From Alphaproteobacteria bacterium (lineage in GTDB: Bacteria > Pseudomonadota > Alphaproteobacteria > CAAHEQ01 > UBA3637), in the NCBI GenBank assembly GCA_015062245.1, contig SUVA01000002.1, positions 25,234 through 89,233 on the forward strand: 64,000 nucleotides of DNA, in the 5' to 3' direction. Below, one piece after another: positions 40,791-49,775 of the stretch (the stretch's first letter is position 1; every line of letters begins with the position of its first letter). The position numbers and the translations under genes were made by a program. Below the pieces are notes generated by a model, which worked only from the letters and a program-made list of their open reading frames with translations, searched no databases and was not told where the DNA came from.

Positions 40791-41473
40791 TTCGTCTGTA
40801 TGTCAAGGATGATTTAAAAAAGGATATTTTGGTTGAATTGTCTGTCTTTCAGGCGCATTACCTGTGTCATGTGATGCGTCAAAAAGAGGGCGCTGAAATT
40901 TATTGCTTTAACTCTCGTGATGGTGAATGGTCGGCCCATTTGAAATGTGTCAAGAAAAAGGCATTTTTAAACATTCAAAAACAGATAAAAAAACAAACAA
41001 ATTTATCCGAATGTATCTTATGTCCGGCCTTGATAAAAAAAGAGGCGATGGATTTTGTATGGCAAAAGGCCACAGAATTGGGGGTTACACAAATATACCC
41101 GATTATAGCCGAACGCAGTGTGGTGCATAAATTCAACTTGGATCATGCCATGTCGGTTGTTTGTGAGGCTTGTGAACAATGTGAAAGAATGGATGTGCCC
41201 CAAATTATGCCGGCGGATACTTTGGAAAATGTTATAAAAAAATTAAAAGATAAAAACAGTATTATATGGATGAGTGAACGAGGTAAAACTTCGGATTTTG
41301 ATTTTGAAAGGGTTCCTGCTTTTTTTGTGGGGCCTGAGGGTGGTTGGAGCGAAAAAGAACAACAGATTTTAAAGCAAAATGCCGATTTTGAATGGCATTT
41401 GGGTCAAACGATTTTAAGGGCAGAAACGGCCAGTTTATCGGCTTTGGCTGTCTATCAGGCAAAAAAGAAATAA
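40787..41473 (+). CDS. rsmE: 16S rRNA (uracil1498-N3)-methyltransferase
   Basis: RsmE family C-terminal SPOUT motifs (FFVGPEGGWSEKE, LG.TILRAETA). Confidence 0.85.
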   Translation: MIRLYVKDDLKKDILVELSVFQAHYLCHVMRQKEGAEIYCFNSRDGEWSAHLKCVKKKAFLNIQKQIKKQTNLSECILCPALIKKEAMDFVWQKATELGVTQIYPIIAERSVVHKFNLDHAMSVVCEACEQCERMDVPQIMPADTLENVIKKLKDKNSIIWMSERGKTSDFDFERVPAFFVGPEGGWSEKEQQILKQNADFEWHLGQTILRAETASLSALAVYQAKKK

Positions 41474-41529
41474 AAGTGCTTGCATTTTATTTTTTTTGTC
41501 GCTAGTATAAAAGAAAAAGAGGGTGAAAC

Positions 41530-42453
41530 ATGAAAAAATTTTTTCTTTGTTTAAGTGTCAGTGCGATGGTGATGTTTTCGGTCACAGCTGACGCCAGTAC
41601 TTATCCCACTCAGATTTGTCGTGGGCGTGCCTGTCAACCGGTCAGCTTTTCGCCCAAAAATCAATTGCTGGATGAATTGGCAACGTTGTTTCCATCCACT
41701 ATTCAACAAATTGTTTTTTGTGAGGCGGATCCAGCTTCACGTACTTGTATCAAAGACGGACTGGAATTTTTTGGTTATTCATCGGCGGCAACGATTCGTT
41801 TTAATGTACCTTTTGCCCGTATTGTTCATGTTGAACCCCGTTCAAATGGTTATGGTTTGACCTTGGATTATCAGGTTCAGGCCAACGGCTTTTATCCGAC
41901 CTGTACGGTTTCGGATGGATCTTTATCATTATATCGCCGTGGAATTATGCAACTTTCATCCCCGTTGTTTTCATGTCAGTTGACCCGTTCGGGAACCAGC
42001 CGTATTTCCATTCAATTTCAATTGGATTATATTGATTTTGAACAGCGTCGTATGGGTGCTTTTTACACAACCTATGTGGATGGTGAAGTCATTGGCAGCG
42101 GTTCGGGATATGCCGTATTACGTTTATCAAAAGAGCGCCGTATTATGGAACAACGTCCCATTACGCCCGATCCATGGAAAGCCGGTCAACCCACACCAAT
42201 GATGCGGTTGCGTTCTGGTCAAGTGGCCATGCCGAATATGTTGGGTGGCGACATGATGAATTCTCATAATATTCAAACCAATCAAGCCCAATGGGGGATT
42301 GATTCTGTTGATTCTCAGGCCTCTGGTATGGGTGGTTGGTATTTGAATAATGCGGGTGCCTATACCCCAATGGCGGCCCCTGATACCACATGGCGTGGTA
42401 AATTATCAAATTATTGGGATAAATTGTTAAAAATTATTTATTTGGAACCATAA
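41530..42453 (+). CDS. hypothetical secreted protein
   Basis: Sec signal peptide (MKKFFLCLSVSAMVMFSVTADA); no recognizable domain. Confidence 0.5.
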   Translation: MKKFFLCLSVSAMVMFSVTADASTYPTQICRGRACQPVSFSPKNQLLDELATLFPSTIQQIVFCEADPASRTCIKDGLEFFGYSSAATIRFNVPFARIVHVEPRSNGYGLTLDYQVQANGFYPTCTVSDGSLSLYRRGIMQLSSPLFSCQLTRSGTSRISIQFQLDYIDFEQRRMGAFYTTYVDGEVIGSGSGYAVLRLSKERRIMEQRPITPDPWKAGQPTPMMRLRSGQVAMPNMLGGDMMNSHNIQTNQAQWGIDSVDSQASGMGGWYLNNAGAYTPMAAPDTTWRGKLSNYWDKLLKIIYLEP

Positions 42454-43709
42454 TGATAAACATTACAACTTTAAAAAACGGTATCCGTGTTATTACGGAA
42501 GAAATAGAAAATGCACAAACAATTTCTTTGGGAACTTGGGTGGGTGTCGGCTCACGTTATGAAACACGTTCGGAAAATGGCATCTCACACTTTTTGGAAC
42601 ATATGGCCTTTAAGGGAACCAAGACACGTTCAGCCCTGAAAATAGCCCAAGAAATTGAAAATGTCGGTGGTTATATCAATGCCTATACCGGCAAAGATAT
42701 GACGGGTTATTATGTGCATTTGTTAAAGGAAAATATGCCCACAGGTGTGGATATTATTTCGGATATCATCCAACATGCCACGATGGAACAAAAGGAATTA
42801 GATACTGAAAAAGGTGTGATTTTACAGGAATTGAGTATGTATAAGGATCGTCCTGATTATGTGGTAGCACAAAATTTTGATGAAACGGCCTATGCCGATC
42901 AACCGTTTGGGCGTGATATCGGGGGTGATCCTGAGGTTATTCGCACAATGACCAGCGAAAAGATGTTGGAATATATGCATCGCCAATATACATCCAATCG
43001 TATGATTATCAGTGCTTCGGGTGCTGTAAAACATGATGATTTTGTGGCCCGTTGTGAAGCATTGTATAATGATGTCAATACACATGTTGGTCAGGAATGT
43101 GAACCCGCTAAATATACCGGTGGGGCCAGCTATGTCAACCGTGCCAATGAACAGGTCAACTTGTTGTTGGGTTTTGAAGGTGAAAATTACACATCCCCCA
43201 ATCGTTGGACTTCCAAGATTTTGGCAATGATTTTGGGTGGTGGAATGACCTCTCGTTTATTTCAACAAATTCGTGAAAAGCGTGGCTTGGTGTATGTGAT
43301 TCGCGCTTCATCGGATTGTGATTCGGATACGGGTATTTTCAATATCTATGCCGGAACGGGTGAAAAGGAAGTGGGCGAATTGATGCCTGTTTTGTGTGAT
43401 GAGCTTTTGCGTGTGGCCGATACTTTGACGGATGCGGAAATTGATCGGGTTAAAACGCAAATCAAGGCCCGTTTGTTGATGCAATCCGAAGAAATTTCAT
43501 CCCATGCCGATCGTAATGCCCGATTGATGTTAAATTACGGTCGCATTGTTTCGGACGAAGAAATTTTGAATCAGGTAATGTCTGTCCAAAAATCGGATAT
43601 CGCTGATTACGCCCGTCAATTGTTTGTGAAAAAACCGACAGTGGCGGCATTGGGTCCGATTCAAAACCTGATGAGTTATGATGATATTTGCCATCGGTTG
43701 AAAGGCTGA
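42453..43709 (+). CDS. M16 family zinc peptidase (pitrilysin/processing-peptidase-like)
   Basis: Inverted zinc-binding motif HFLEHMAFKGT...E; typical M16 two-domain length. Confidence 0.9.
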   Translation: MINITTLKNGIRVITEEIENAQTISLGTWVGVGSRYETRSENGISHFLEHMAFKGTKTRSALKIAQEIENVGGYINAYTGKDMTGYYVHLLKENMPTGVDIISDIIQHATMEQKELDTEKGVILQELSMYKDRPDYVVAQNFDETAYADQPFGRDIGGDPEVIRTMTSEKMLEYMHRQYTSNRMIISASGAVKHDDFVARCEALYNDVNTHVGQECEPAKYTGGASYVNRANEQVNLLLGFEGENYTSPNRWTSKILAMILGGGMTSRLFQQIREKRGLVYVIRASSDCDSDTGIFNIYAGTGEKEVGELMPVLCDELLRVADTLTDAEIDRVKTQIKARLLMQSEEISSHADRNARLMLNYGRIVSDEEILNQVMSVQKSDIADYARQLFVKKPTVAALGPIQNLMSYDDICHRLKG

Positions 43710-43710
43710 T

Positions 43711-44358
43711 ATGCCCGATTTTAAATACGAATCTGCGCTGGGTGATTTTCGCCAAATAGCCGGTTTGGATGAAGCGGGCAGGGGCCCTTGGTGTGGTCCC
43801 GTTGTGGCCGGATGTGTGATGTGGGTGAACGGTTGCCCTGATGATTTAATGCAACAAATCAACGATTCAAAAAAACTGACAGGGGCAAAGCGTGAGGCAT
43901 TGTTTGATAAAATTATTGCTTCCACACCGGCCTATGGTATCGGTCAGGCAAGTGCCAAAGAAATTGATGAATTGAATATCTTACAGGCTTCTTTTTTGGC
44001 GATGCAACGGGCCTATGACGATATGCTTCAAAAAGGTTTTCAACCCACCCATATTTTAATTGACGGCAATCGTTTACCCCAAAAAACACCTGTGCCGGCT
44101 CAGGCAATTATCGGTGGTGATGCCAAAAGTCTTTCCATTTCGGCGGCCAGTATTTTGGCCAAAGTAACACGTGACAGAATTATGACCGATTTGGCCAAAC
44201 AATATCCGGCCTATGGTTGGGATAAAAATGCGGGTTACGGCACCAAGATTCATCAACAGGCCCTGCAACAATATGGTATTACACCGCATCATCGTTTAAG
44301 TTATAAACCCATTCAAAAAATAAAACAATCGCTTGACAAAGACGATAAAGTTTTATAG
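43711..44358 (+). CDS. rnhB: ribonuclease HII
   Basis: IAGLDEAGRGPWCGPVVA...ILIDG..K motifs. Confidence 0.9.
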   Translation: MPDFKYESALGDFRQIAGLDEAGRGPWCGPVVAGCVMWVNGCPDDLMQQINDSKKLTGAKREALFDKIIASTPAYGIGQASAKEIDELNILQASFLAMQRAYDDMLQKGFQPTHILIDGNRLPQKTPVPAQAIIGGDAKSLSISAASILAKVTRDRIMTDLAKQYPAYGWDKNAGYGTKIHQQALQQYGITPHHRLSYKPIQKIKQSLDKDDKVL

Positions 44359-44395
44359 TATGGGGATAAGTAAACAAAAAAGGAGATATCGCACA

Positions 44396-45712
44396 ATGCG
44401 TTTAAACCACGATAAAGGGCAAAATAAATGGACCTTGTACACACACACACACACACAAGTAATTCCTGAAAAGACAAAAGCCACCGAAGGTGGCCGTTCA
44501 ATGGTTGAAATGTTGGGAACTTTGGCGATTATAGGGGTGCTATCCATAGGTTCTATTTGGGCCCTTTCGGGTGTGATGAATCGCTTTCGTGCCAATGATT
44601 TATTGGAAGAAGCCTCGGCCCGTGCCATGCGTGTATCCGAACAAATTAAAAAAGGGCGTAAAACATTAAGCCTTGGTAAATTTTTACATAACGAAACGAT
44701 GGGCGGTACTTTTTCCAAACAGGTTTTTACTTCAGGGCTTTATCAACAATTTGCAATTCAGGTATCCGATGTAAATAAAGCCGTTTGTGAAAGGGTTTTA
44801 AATTCTATTACCGAAAATACCCCTTTGCGCCGATTGTCATTGGTGAATTCCCCAACGGTTGCCATCACCGAATGTAATGATGAAAATACGTTTTTGATGG
44901 TTTATAACAGCTCTATCAAAGGGGAAGAACAGGATAAAAAATATTGCGAATCTGATAAAGATTGTGATACGGTTTGTGGAGAATGTAATGAAAATCATAT
45001 ATGCCGTAATGAATGTGAAATTCCAAGACCTGATTTAAATTCTGATTTTGGTCAAGAATGTGGCGAAAATGAATGTGTTGTTTATGATGAAGAAAGTCAG
45101 AGTTGTAAATATAGCTGTGAACGTGTGGAATATTTGGAAGGAACTTACAATTCAGGAAATTCATATATTGATACAGGAATAAAATATGATTGGAGTAAAG
45201 ATTTTTACATGAATATAACAGCTTCTGTTCCCAGTGCAAATGCACGTTTTTGTTTGATTGGGGATTATGCAGCGCAAGGAATAAATTTGGAAAAATCAAA
45301 TAATAAATTGCGTGTTTACGGGCATGGAGGAACTCCAAACAATAACTCTGTAAATGATTTACCAAAAGATAATCAAAAATTCAATGTTCAATGGAGAAGA
45401 AGTATTTCTAATTCAGATGTGGATGTTATTTTAACAACAGATGAATACACAGAAACAATATCAAGAATAGGTATAACTTTTCAAAATGTTTCAAGTTCCA
45501 GCTTGAAAATTTTTACTGATAATCGTTTATCAGGAACATTTATTACACCTGGTGAAAGAATATATTCTTTATATATAAAATTAGGGGAAAATATTCGTGA
45601 TTTCATTCCTGTTATTTCGCCTGATGGTGAACCATGTATGTTTGACAAAGTCAGTAAAAAGCTATTCCGTAATTCAGGAACAGGAACTTTTAAAACAAAT
45701 TTAGATGAATAA
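44396..45712 (+). CDS. type IV pilin-like N-terminus / Cys-rich / C-terminal beta-sandwich-like domain protein
   Basis: AGGAG RBS 10 nt before ATG 44396; leader ...KATEGG|RSMVEMLGTLAIIGVLSIGSIWALSGV (G-1, E+5); Cys-rich CDTVCGECNENHICRNECE segment; ATG 44333 rejected because it lies inside rnhB. Confidence 0.7.
   Translation: MRLNHDKGQNKWTLYTHTHTQVIPEKTKATEGGRSMVEMLGTLAIIGVLSIGSIWALSGVMNRFRANDLLEEASARAMRVSEQIKKGRKTLSLGKFLHNETMGGTFSKQVFTSGLYQQFAIQVSDVNKAVCERVLNSITENTPLRRLSLVNSPTVAITECNDENTFLMVYNSSIKGEEQDKKYCESDKDCDTVCGECNENHICRNECEIPRPDLNSDFGQECGENECVVYDEESQSCKYSCERVEYLEGTYNSGNSYIDTGIKYDWSKDFYMNITASVPSANARFCLIGDYAAQGINLEKSNNKLRVYGHGGTPNNNSVNDLPKDNQKFNVQWRRSISNSDVDVILTTDEYTETISRIGITFQNVSSSSLKIFTDNRLSGTFITPGERIYSLYIKLGENIRDFIPVISPDGEPCMFDKVSKKLFRNSGTGTFKTNLDE
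44439..44456 (+). repeat. (AC)9 dinucleotide tract inside the leader-peptide coding region (YTHTHTQ)
   Basis: acacacacacacacacac read directly; in frame between start codon and prepilin cleavage motif. Confidence 0.9.
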
Positions 45713-46414
45713 TTATCTTTGTCTTAATACCGTAAAAGGGATTTTCTTGCGATTATCTGAGCTACTTTTGCACGCAATCCTTGAATTTCGGCTGTCAAAA
45801 GTTGCATTTGTTGCATATTTTATAAGTTTTAAAACGCCTGACTTATCATTTCTATACTTTGCTCTTTGTTGTATTTCTGAAACAGTCATACCTGCATCAA
45901 CCAACATTTTCCCAAATTTAAGGAAATCTTCTTCTTTACAATCAAATAAATTGCCAATAACCGTATCGTGGCAATGCCCTTCAATACGGGGGTTAGCCCC
46001 TTTATCCAACAAAAATTTAAAAACATCCTCTGAGTTTCGCCATAATGCACGATGTAAAAAAGTTTGAAGTTGTATGCTGAGGGCTTCCGGTACTTCCCAA
46101 GACGGAATCATATAGGGCTTATTCACGTCAATTTTATCTTTCTCTAAAGCTCTTTTTGCCGATACAACATCATTATTATCAATGGCAATCAATAAATCAG
46201 AATCAATTTGTTGAAGTGTATAATAATACGCATCATATCTGTGTGGTTCAAAGAATTCAAGTTTTACATCCGGTTTGAGAGGAATTATTGTTTGCGGGTG
46301 GTCGCTTTTTTTTATCAGTAAAAACCAAGGTTGACGATATTCTCTCCAATTTCTCATAATTTTTCTCCTTTTATTTTTATTAAGAATAGTAACATAAAAA
46401 GCGTTTTGTGTCAA
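45713..46414 (-). CDS. hypothetical protein, ankyrin-repeat-like
   Basis: Helix-turn-helix repeat pattern (LHRALWRNSEDVFKFLLDKGANP; LFDCKEEDFLKFGKMLVDAGM); weak. Confidence 0.4.
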   Translation of the reverse strand: MTQNAFYVTILNKNKRRKIMRNWREYRQPWFLLIKKSDHPQTIIPLKPDVKLEFFEPHRYDAYYYTLQQIDSDLLIAIDNNDVVSAKRALEKDKIDVNKPYMIPSWEVPEALSIQLQTFLHRALWRNSEDVFKFLLDKGANPRIEGHCHDTVIGNLFDCKEEDFLKFGKMLVDAGMTVSEIQQRAKYRNDKSGVLKLIKYATNATFDSRNSRIACKSSSDNRKKIPFTVLRQR

Positions 46415-46580
46415 GTTTTTTTATCACAGATTGGGGGGTGATTTTAAACAATTGAGGTATGTAATTTGGCTGACGCACAATTTATCCCTCATTATATTCG
46501 GGACCGCCTACGGCGTCCTGTCTACGGGACACGAATGCGTCCCTTGCCACCGGACTCGGCAAAAGGCTTGCAAACAAAAG

Positions 46581-46604
46581 AAAAAAACCTCATTTGATTG
46601 AGGG
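46581..46604 (-). terminator. rho-independent terminator of tRNA-Phe
   Basis: cctca-tttgat-tgagg hairpin followed by T7 on the minus strand, immediately 3' of the tRNA. Confidence 0.55.
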
Positions 46605-46614
46605 CTTTAAAAGA

Positions 46615-46690
46615 TGGTGCCTGGAGACGGAATCGGACCGCCGACACAGAGATTTTCAGTCTCTTGCTCTACCAACTGAGCTATCCAGGC
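46615..46690 (-). tRNA. tRNA-Phe (anticodon GAA)
   Basis: Reverse complement GCCTGGATAGCTCAGTTGGTAGAGCAAGAGACTGAAAATCTCT...GGTCCGATTCCGTCTCCAGGCACCA folds as a cloverleaf; anticodon loop CTGAAAA. Confidence 0.92.
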
Positions 46691-46703
46691 GAATAATGAA
46701 CAC

Positions 46704-46732
46704 ATTTTAACCAACTTTGAATTAAATGTCAA
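46704..46732 (-). promoter_or_regulatory. sigma70 promoter of tRNA-Phe (TTGACA-17-TAAAAT on minus strand)
   Basis: Read on reverse complement, about 13 nt upstream of the tRNA 5' end. Confidence 0.55.
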
Positions 46733-46770
46733 GCACTTTTTAAATAAAAAGATTTATTTTAAAGTGTTTT

Positions 46771-47208
46771 TTAATAATTCATCCGTGGGGGCAGGTTGCG
46801 TAATCTGACCAAATAAGGCTTCATAGGCTTATCACGGCTGATTAAATGTCCCAAATACCACACACTTAAAAACGACATGGCTTTTTGGGCGGCATCCAAT
46901 TTTTTGCCGACCGTATCGGCTGTTTCAAATTGTTGGCGAAATTGAGAAATGTTTTTAATAAACAGCTGATGGCTGGCAATATGTTCTTCCATTTCGGGAT
47001 AACGGATACGTTCCATAATATCCTCTTCGTGTGAAAAATGATTGCGCACGTAATCATAGCAAGCCTGAAACATTTTTTCCATACCTTCAATATGTCGATT
47101 TTTAATATCATCAGAAGCCTGATTGATGACTTTTAAAAAAGCCTGATGTTCGCTATCCAAAGGTGGATAGTTCAAACTCATTTGTTCCCGCCAAGTTATT
47201 ACTGCCAT
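46771..47208 (-). CDS. hemerythrin-like (bacteriohemerythrin) protein
   Basis: H..xxH/E iron-ligand spacing (DSEHQAFL, HFSHEEDIMERIRYPEMEEHIASHQ). Confidence 0.72.
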   Translation of the reverse strand: MAVITWREQMSLNYPPLDSEHQAFLKVINQASDDIKNRHIEGMEKMFQACYDYVRNHFSHEEDIMERIRYPEMEEHIASHQLFIKNISQFRQQFETADTVGKKLDAAQKAMSFLSVWYLGHLISRDKPMKPYLVRLRNLPPRMNY

Positions 47209-47229
47209 TTTTCCCCCTTTTTTTTGTTT

Positions 47230-48330
47230 TTAGTTACTGAACAAAAAGTGCACGACATCCCCGTCTTGCATAATGTAGTTTTTACCTTCTTGACGCAATA
47301 ATCCTTTTTCCCGTGCGCCACTTTCGCCACGATGTGCAACGTAATCTTTATAAGAAACCACTTCGGCCCGAATAAAACCTTTTTCAAAATCCGAATGGAT
47401 AATGCCGGCGGCCTGAGGTGCCAAAATGCCCTTACGCATGGTCCATGCATGGGCTTCTTTGGGGCCGGAAGTAAAGAATGTTTCTAATCCCAATAATTTA
47501 TAACCGGCCTTGATAATGCGGTCTAAACCCGTTTCGGTTAAACCTAATGTTTCCAAAAATTCGGGTTGTTCTTCGGGGGGCAATTGGGCGATTTCCTGTT
47601 CAATGCCGGCGCAAATCACAACCGACGAGTTGCCTTGTTTTTGTGCCATTTCGGCCACCCGTTTGGAAAATTCATTGCCTGAGGCGGCTGAATTATCATC
47701 CACGTTACACACATATAAAACAGGTTTTGCCGTCAATAAGGCCAATTGATTAAATAATTTTAAATCTTCGGCATCGGTGGGTTTTGCCAATCGGGCAGGT
47801 TGACCGTTTCTTAAAAATTGTAAAGCCGGTTCAATCACCTTGACCCAAGCCTTTGATTCTTTGTCGCCTGTCTGGGCTTTTTTGGCCACACCATTTAAGC
47901 GTTTTTCCAAACTTTCTAAATCCGCCAACATCAATTCGGTTTCAACCGTTTCGGCATCACGGATAGGATCAATGGAACCTTCCACATGGACAATATCCGA
48001 ATTTTCAAAGCAACGCAGAACATGGATGATGGCATCCACTTCACGAATGTTGCCCAAAAATTGGTTGCCCAAACCTTCGCCTTTGCTGGCCCCTTTGACC
48101 AAGCCGGCAATATCCACAAATTCCAACTGAGTCGGTACGATTTTGGCAGATTTATCAATTTCGGCCAAAACGTTCAAGCGTTCATCCGGCACAGCCACAC
48201 GGCCGATATTCGGTTCAATCGTGCAAAACGGATAGTTGGCCGCTTGAGCATTGACCGTTGCCGTTAAAGCGTTAAATAAAGTTGATTTCCCGACGTTGGG
48301 TAATCCGACAATTCCACAGTTAAATCCCAT
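47230..48330 (-). CDS. ychF: ribosome-binding ATPase YchF
   Basis: GIVGLPNVGKSTLFNALT P-loop, TGS C-terminus. Confidence 0.95.
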   Translation of the reverse strand: MGFNCGIVGLPNVGKSTLFNALTATVNAQAANYPFCTIEPNIGRVAVPDERLNVLAEIDKSAKIVPTQLEFVDIAGLVKGASKGEGLGNQFLGNIREVDAIIHVLRCFENSDIVHVEGSIDPIRDAETVETELMLADLESLEKRLNGVAKKAQTGDKESKAWVKVIEPALQFLRNGQPARLAKPTDAEDLKLFNQLALLTAKPVLYVCNVDDNSAASGNEFSKRVAEMAQKQGNSSVVICAGIEQEIAQLPPEEQPEFLETLGLTETGLDRIIKAGYKLLGLETFFTSGPKEAHAWTMRKGILAPQAAGIIHSDFEKGFIRAEVVSYKDYVAHRGESGAREKGLLRQEGKNYIMQDGDVVHFLFSN

Positions 48331-48438
48331 ATTAAATCCTTTGTTTTTGGTATTATCCTATATTTTGTTTTAATTTTCAAGATTTTTCTTGTCATTTAAA
48401 AAAAATAATGTTAAAACTAATACAACAAAGGGGGCTTT

Positions 48439-49680
48439 ATGCGTTTAAAATCTGTTTTATTTTGTTTTTCGTTGGTGTTTCCTTATTTTGTTCAGGCGCA
48501 AAATTATGACGAAACGGATGCGTGTTATGAGGCGGTTTTGCGTGCCGAACAACAAAGAGATTTGCAAATCTATACCCAATGTGGTTTTGATGATGCCAAT
48601 CGTGCTTTAATCAGATGGTCGTCCTGGGTTGTTCAAAACAATGCTTATCAGGCAATGTATGAATTATGTGTGCGCTATCCCAATACACAAGAAGGGGTAA
48701 AACTTTGTCAGACATCGGCTATGGCGGGAAACGGTCCAGCTTTGTTGTTACAGGCAAATCAGTTTTATGATCAAAAAAAATATATTCAGGCTTTGCAAAG
48801 CTATACTCAAGCTTTAAAAAGTCCATTGTTGACGGAAGAAGAAAAAGGCCAAGTCAGTGAAAAAATAGGTATTTTGTATTTGGATAAGAGCAGTCCTTAT
48901 TACAATCCGCAAAAAGGATGGCCCTTAATTGAAAGGGCAACACAACAACGTTCCGCTTTGGCCAATAATATTGTTGGTGTTTATTCAATGCTTGGTTTAG
49001 AGGGTCAAAAAATCAATTTGGAAAAAGCCTTTGAATATTTGTGGCGTTCTGTTTTGCTCGGATGCCCGAATGCCGAAGAAAATCTGGGATTGTTTTATTT
49101 GTTGCATGAAAAGAAAATCACCCCGAATGATTTAAAAGATTTGGTGGGGGATAAAATTTTAACTTGTCAAAACGATATTGTTTCGGACGCTACAACTTTA
49201 TCCGGTAAAAAATTTATTCAAACGGATTGTGATTGTGGAAAAACAATGATGATGGAAGAATTGATTGCCAATCAACCATATCGTTTGATGTTGGTTGATC
49301 AAGATAATGGAGTGGCTGTTTTAAAGGATTCTAATAACCGTCAATTTTCTGTTTCACTCAATAAGACTTTGCCGGATGGTTATTCTGTGGCGGAAATCCG
49401 TAAAACGGCGGTTGTGTTGATGAAAAATAAAATGCGTCAAACCTTAAATCTTGCCCCCGATGAAGGTTGCGTTGAATATTGTTCAAACAAACAAGGTAAA
49501 GCACAAAAATCAGATAAACCTGATGTAAAACCGTATCGTTTAACATTTACACCATCGGAATGTTCCAGTATTTTATATTATGCGGAACGCTTGGTGGATA
49601 CAAACTTGCCTTTTGTCGGAAAACAAGAGTGCGGTTTTTCAAATGATTTGGATACGGCCACACAATTGTTATTGCAATAA
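48439..49680 (+). CDS. secreted Sel1/TPR-like repeat protein
   Basis: Signal peptide (FVQA|QN); repeated A..Y...A...G...A...LG..Y helical motifs. Confidence 0.5.
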   Translation: MRLKSVLFCFSLVFPYFVQAQNYDETDACYEAVLRAEQQRDLQIYTQCGFDDANRALIRWSSWVVQNNAYQAMYELCVRYPNTQEGVKLCQTSAMAGNGPALLLQANQFYDQKKYIQALQSYTQALKSPLLTEEEKGQVSEKIGILYLDKSSPYYNPQKGWPLIERATQQRSALANNIVGVYSMLGLEGQKINLEKAFEYLWRSVLLGCPNAEENLGLFYLLHEKKITPNDLKDLVGDKILTCQNDIVSDATTLSGKKFIQTDCDCGKTMMMEELIANQPYRLMLVDQDNGVAVLKDSNNRQFSVSLNKTLPDGYSVAEIRKTAVVLMKNKMRQTLNLAPDEGCVEYCSNKQGKAQKSDKPDVKPYRLTFTPSECSSILYYAERLVDTNLPFVGKQECGFSNDLDTATQLLLQ

Positions 49681-49775
49681 TTTTTATCAAATTTTACATC
49701 CAAAACTTGACTTTTGTATCAAAATACACTATGTCTATTGCATAATATAATATAGACAGAAAAGGAATTTGAAAT

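Noticed and set aside
44333-44395. Upstream ATG (44333) start for the pilin-like gene
   Set aside because: Lies inside rnhB coding sequence and gives a 54-aa leader. ATG 44396 has an AGGAG RBS at the correct spacing and gives a leader comparable to the paralogs.
47199-47233. T10 homopolymer next to the hemerythrin RBS, considered as a phase-variation tract
   Set aside because: It is outside the coding sequence and in an AT-rich intergenic region where such runs are common. Not compelling without population data.
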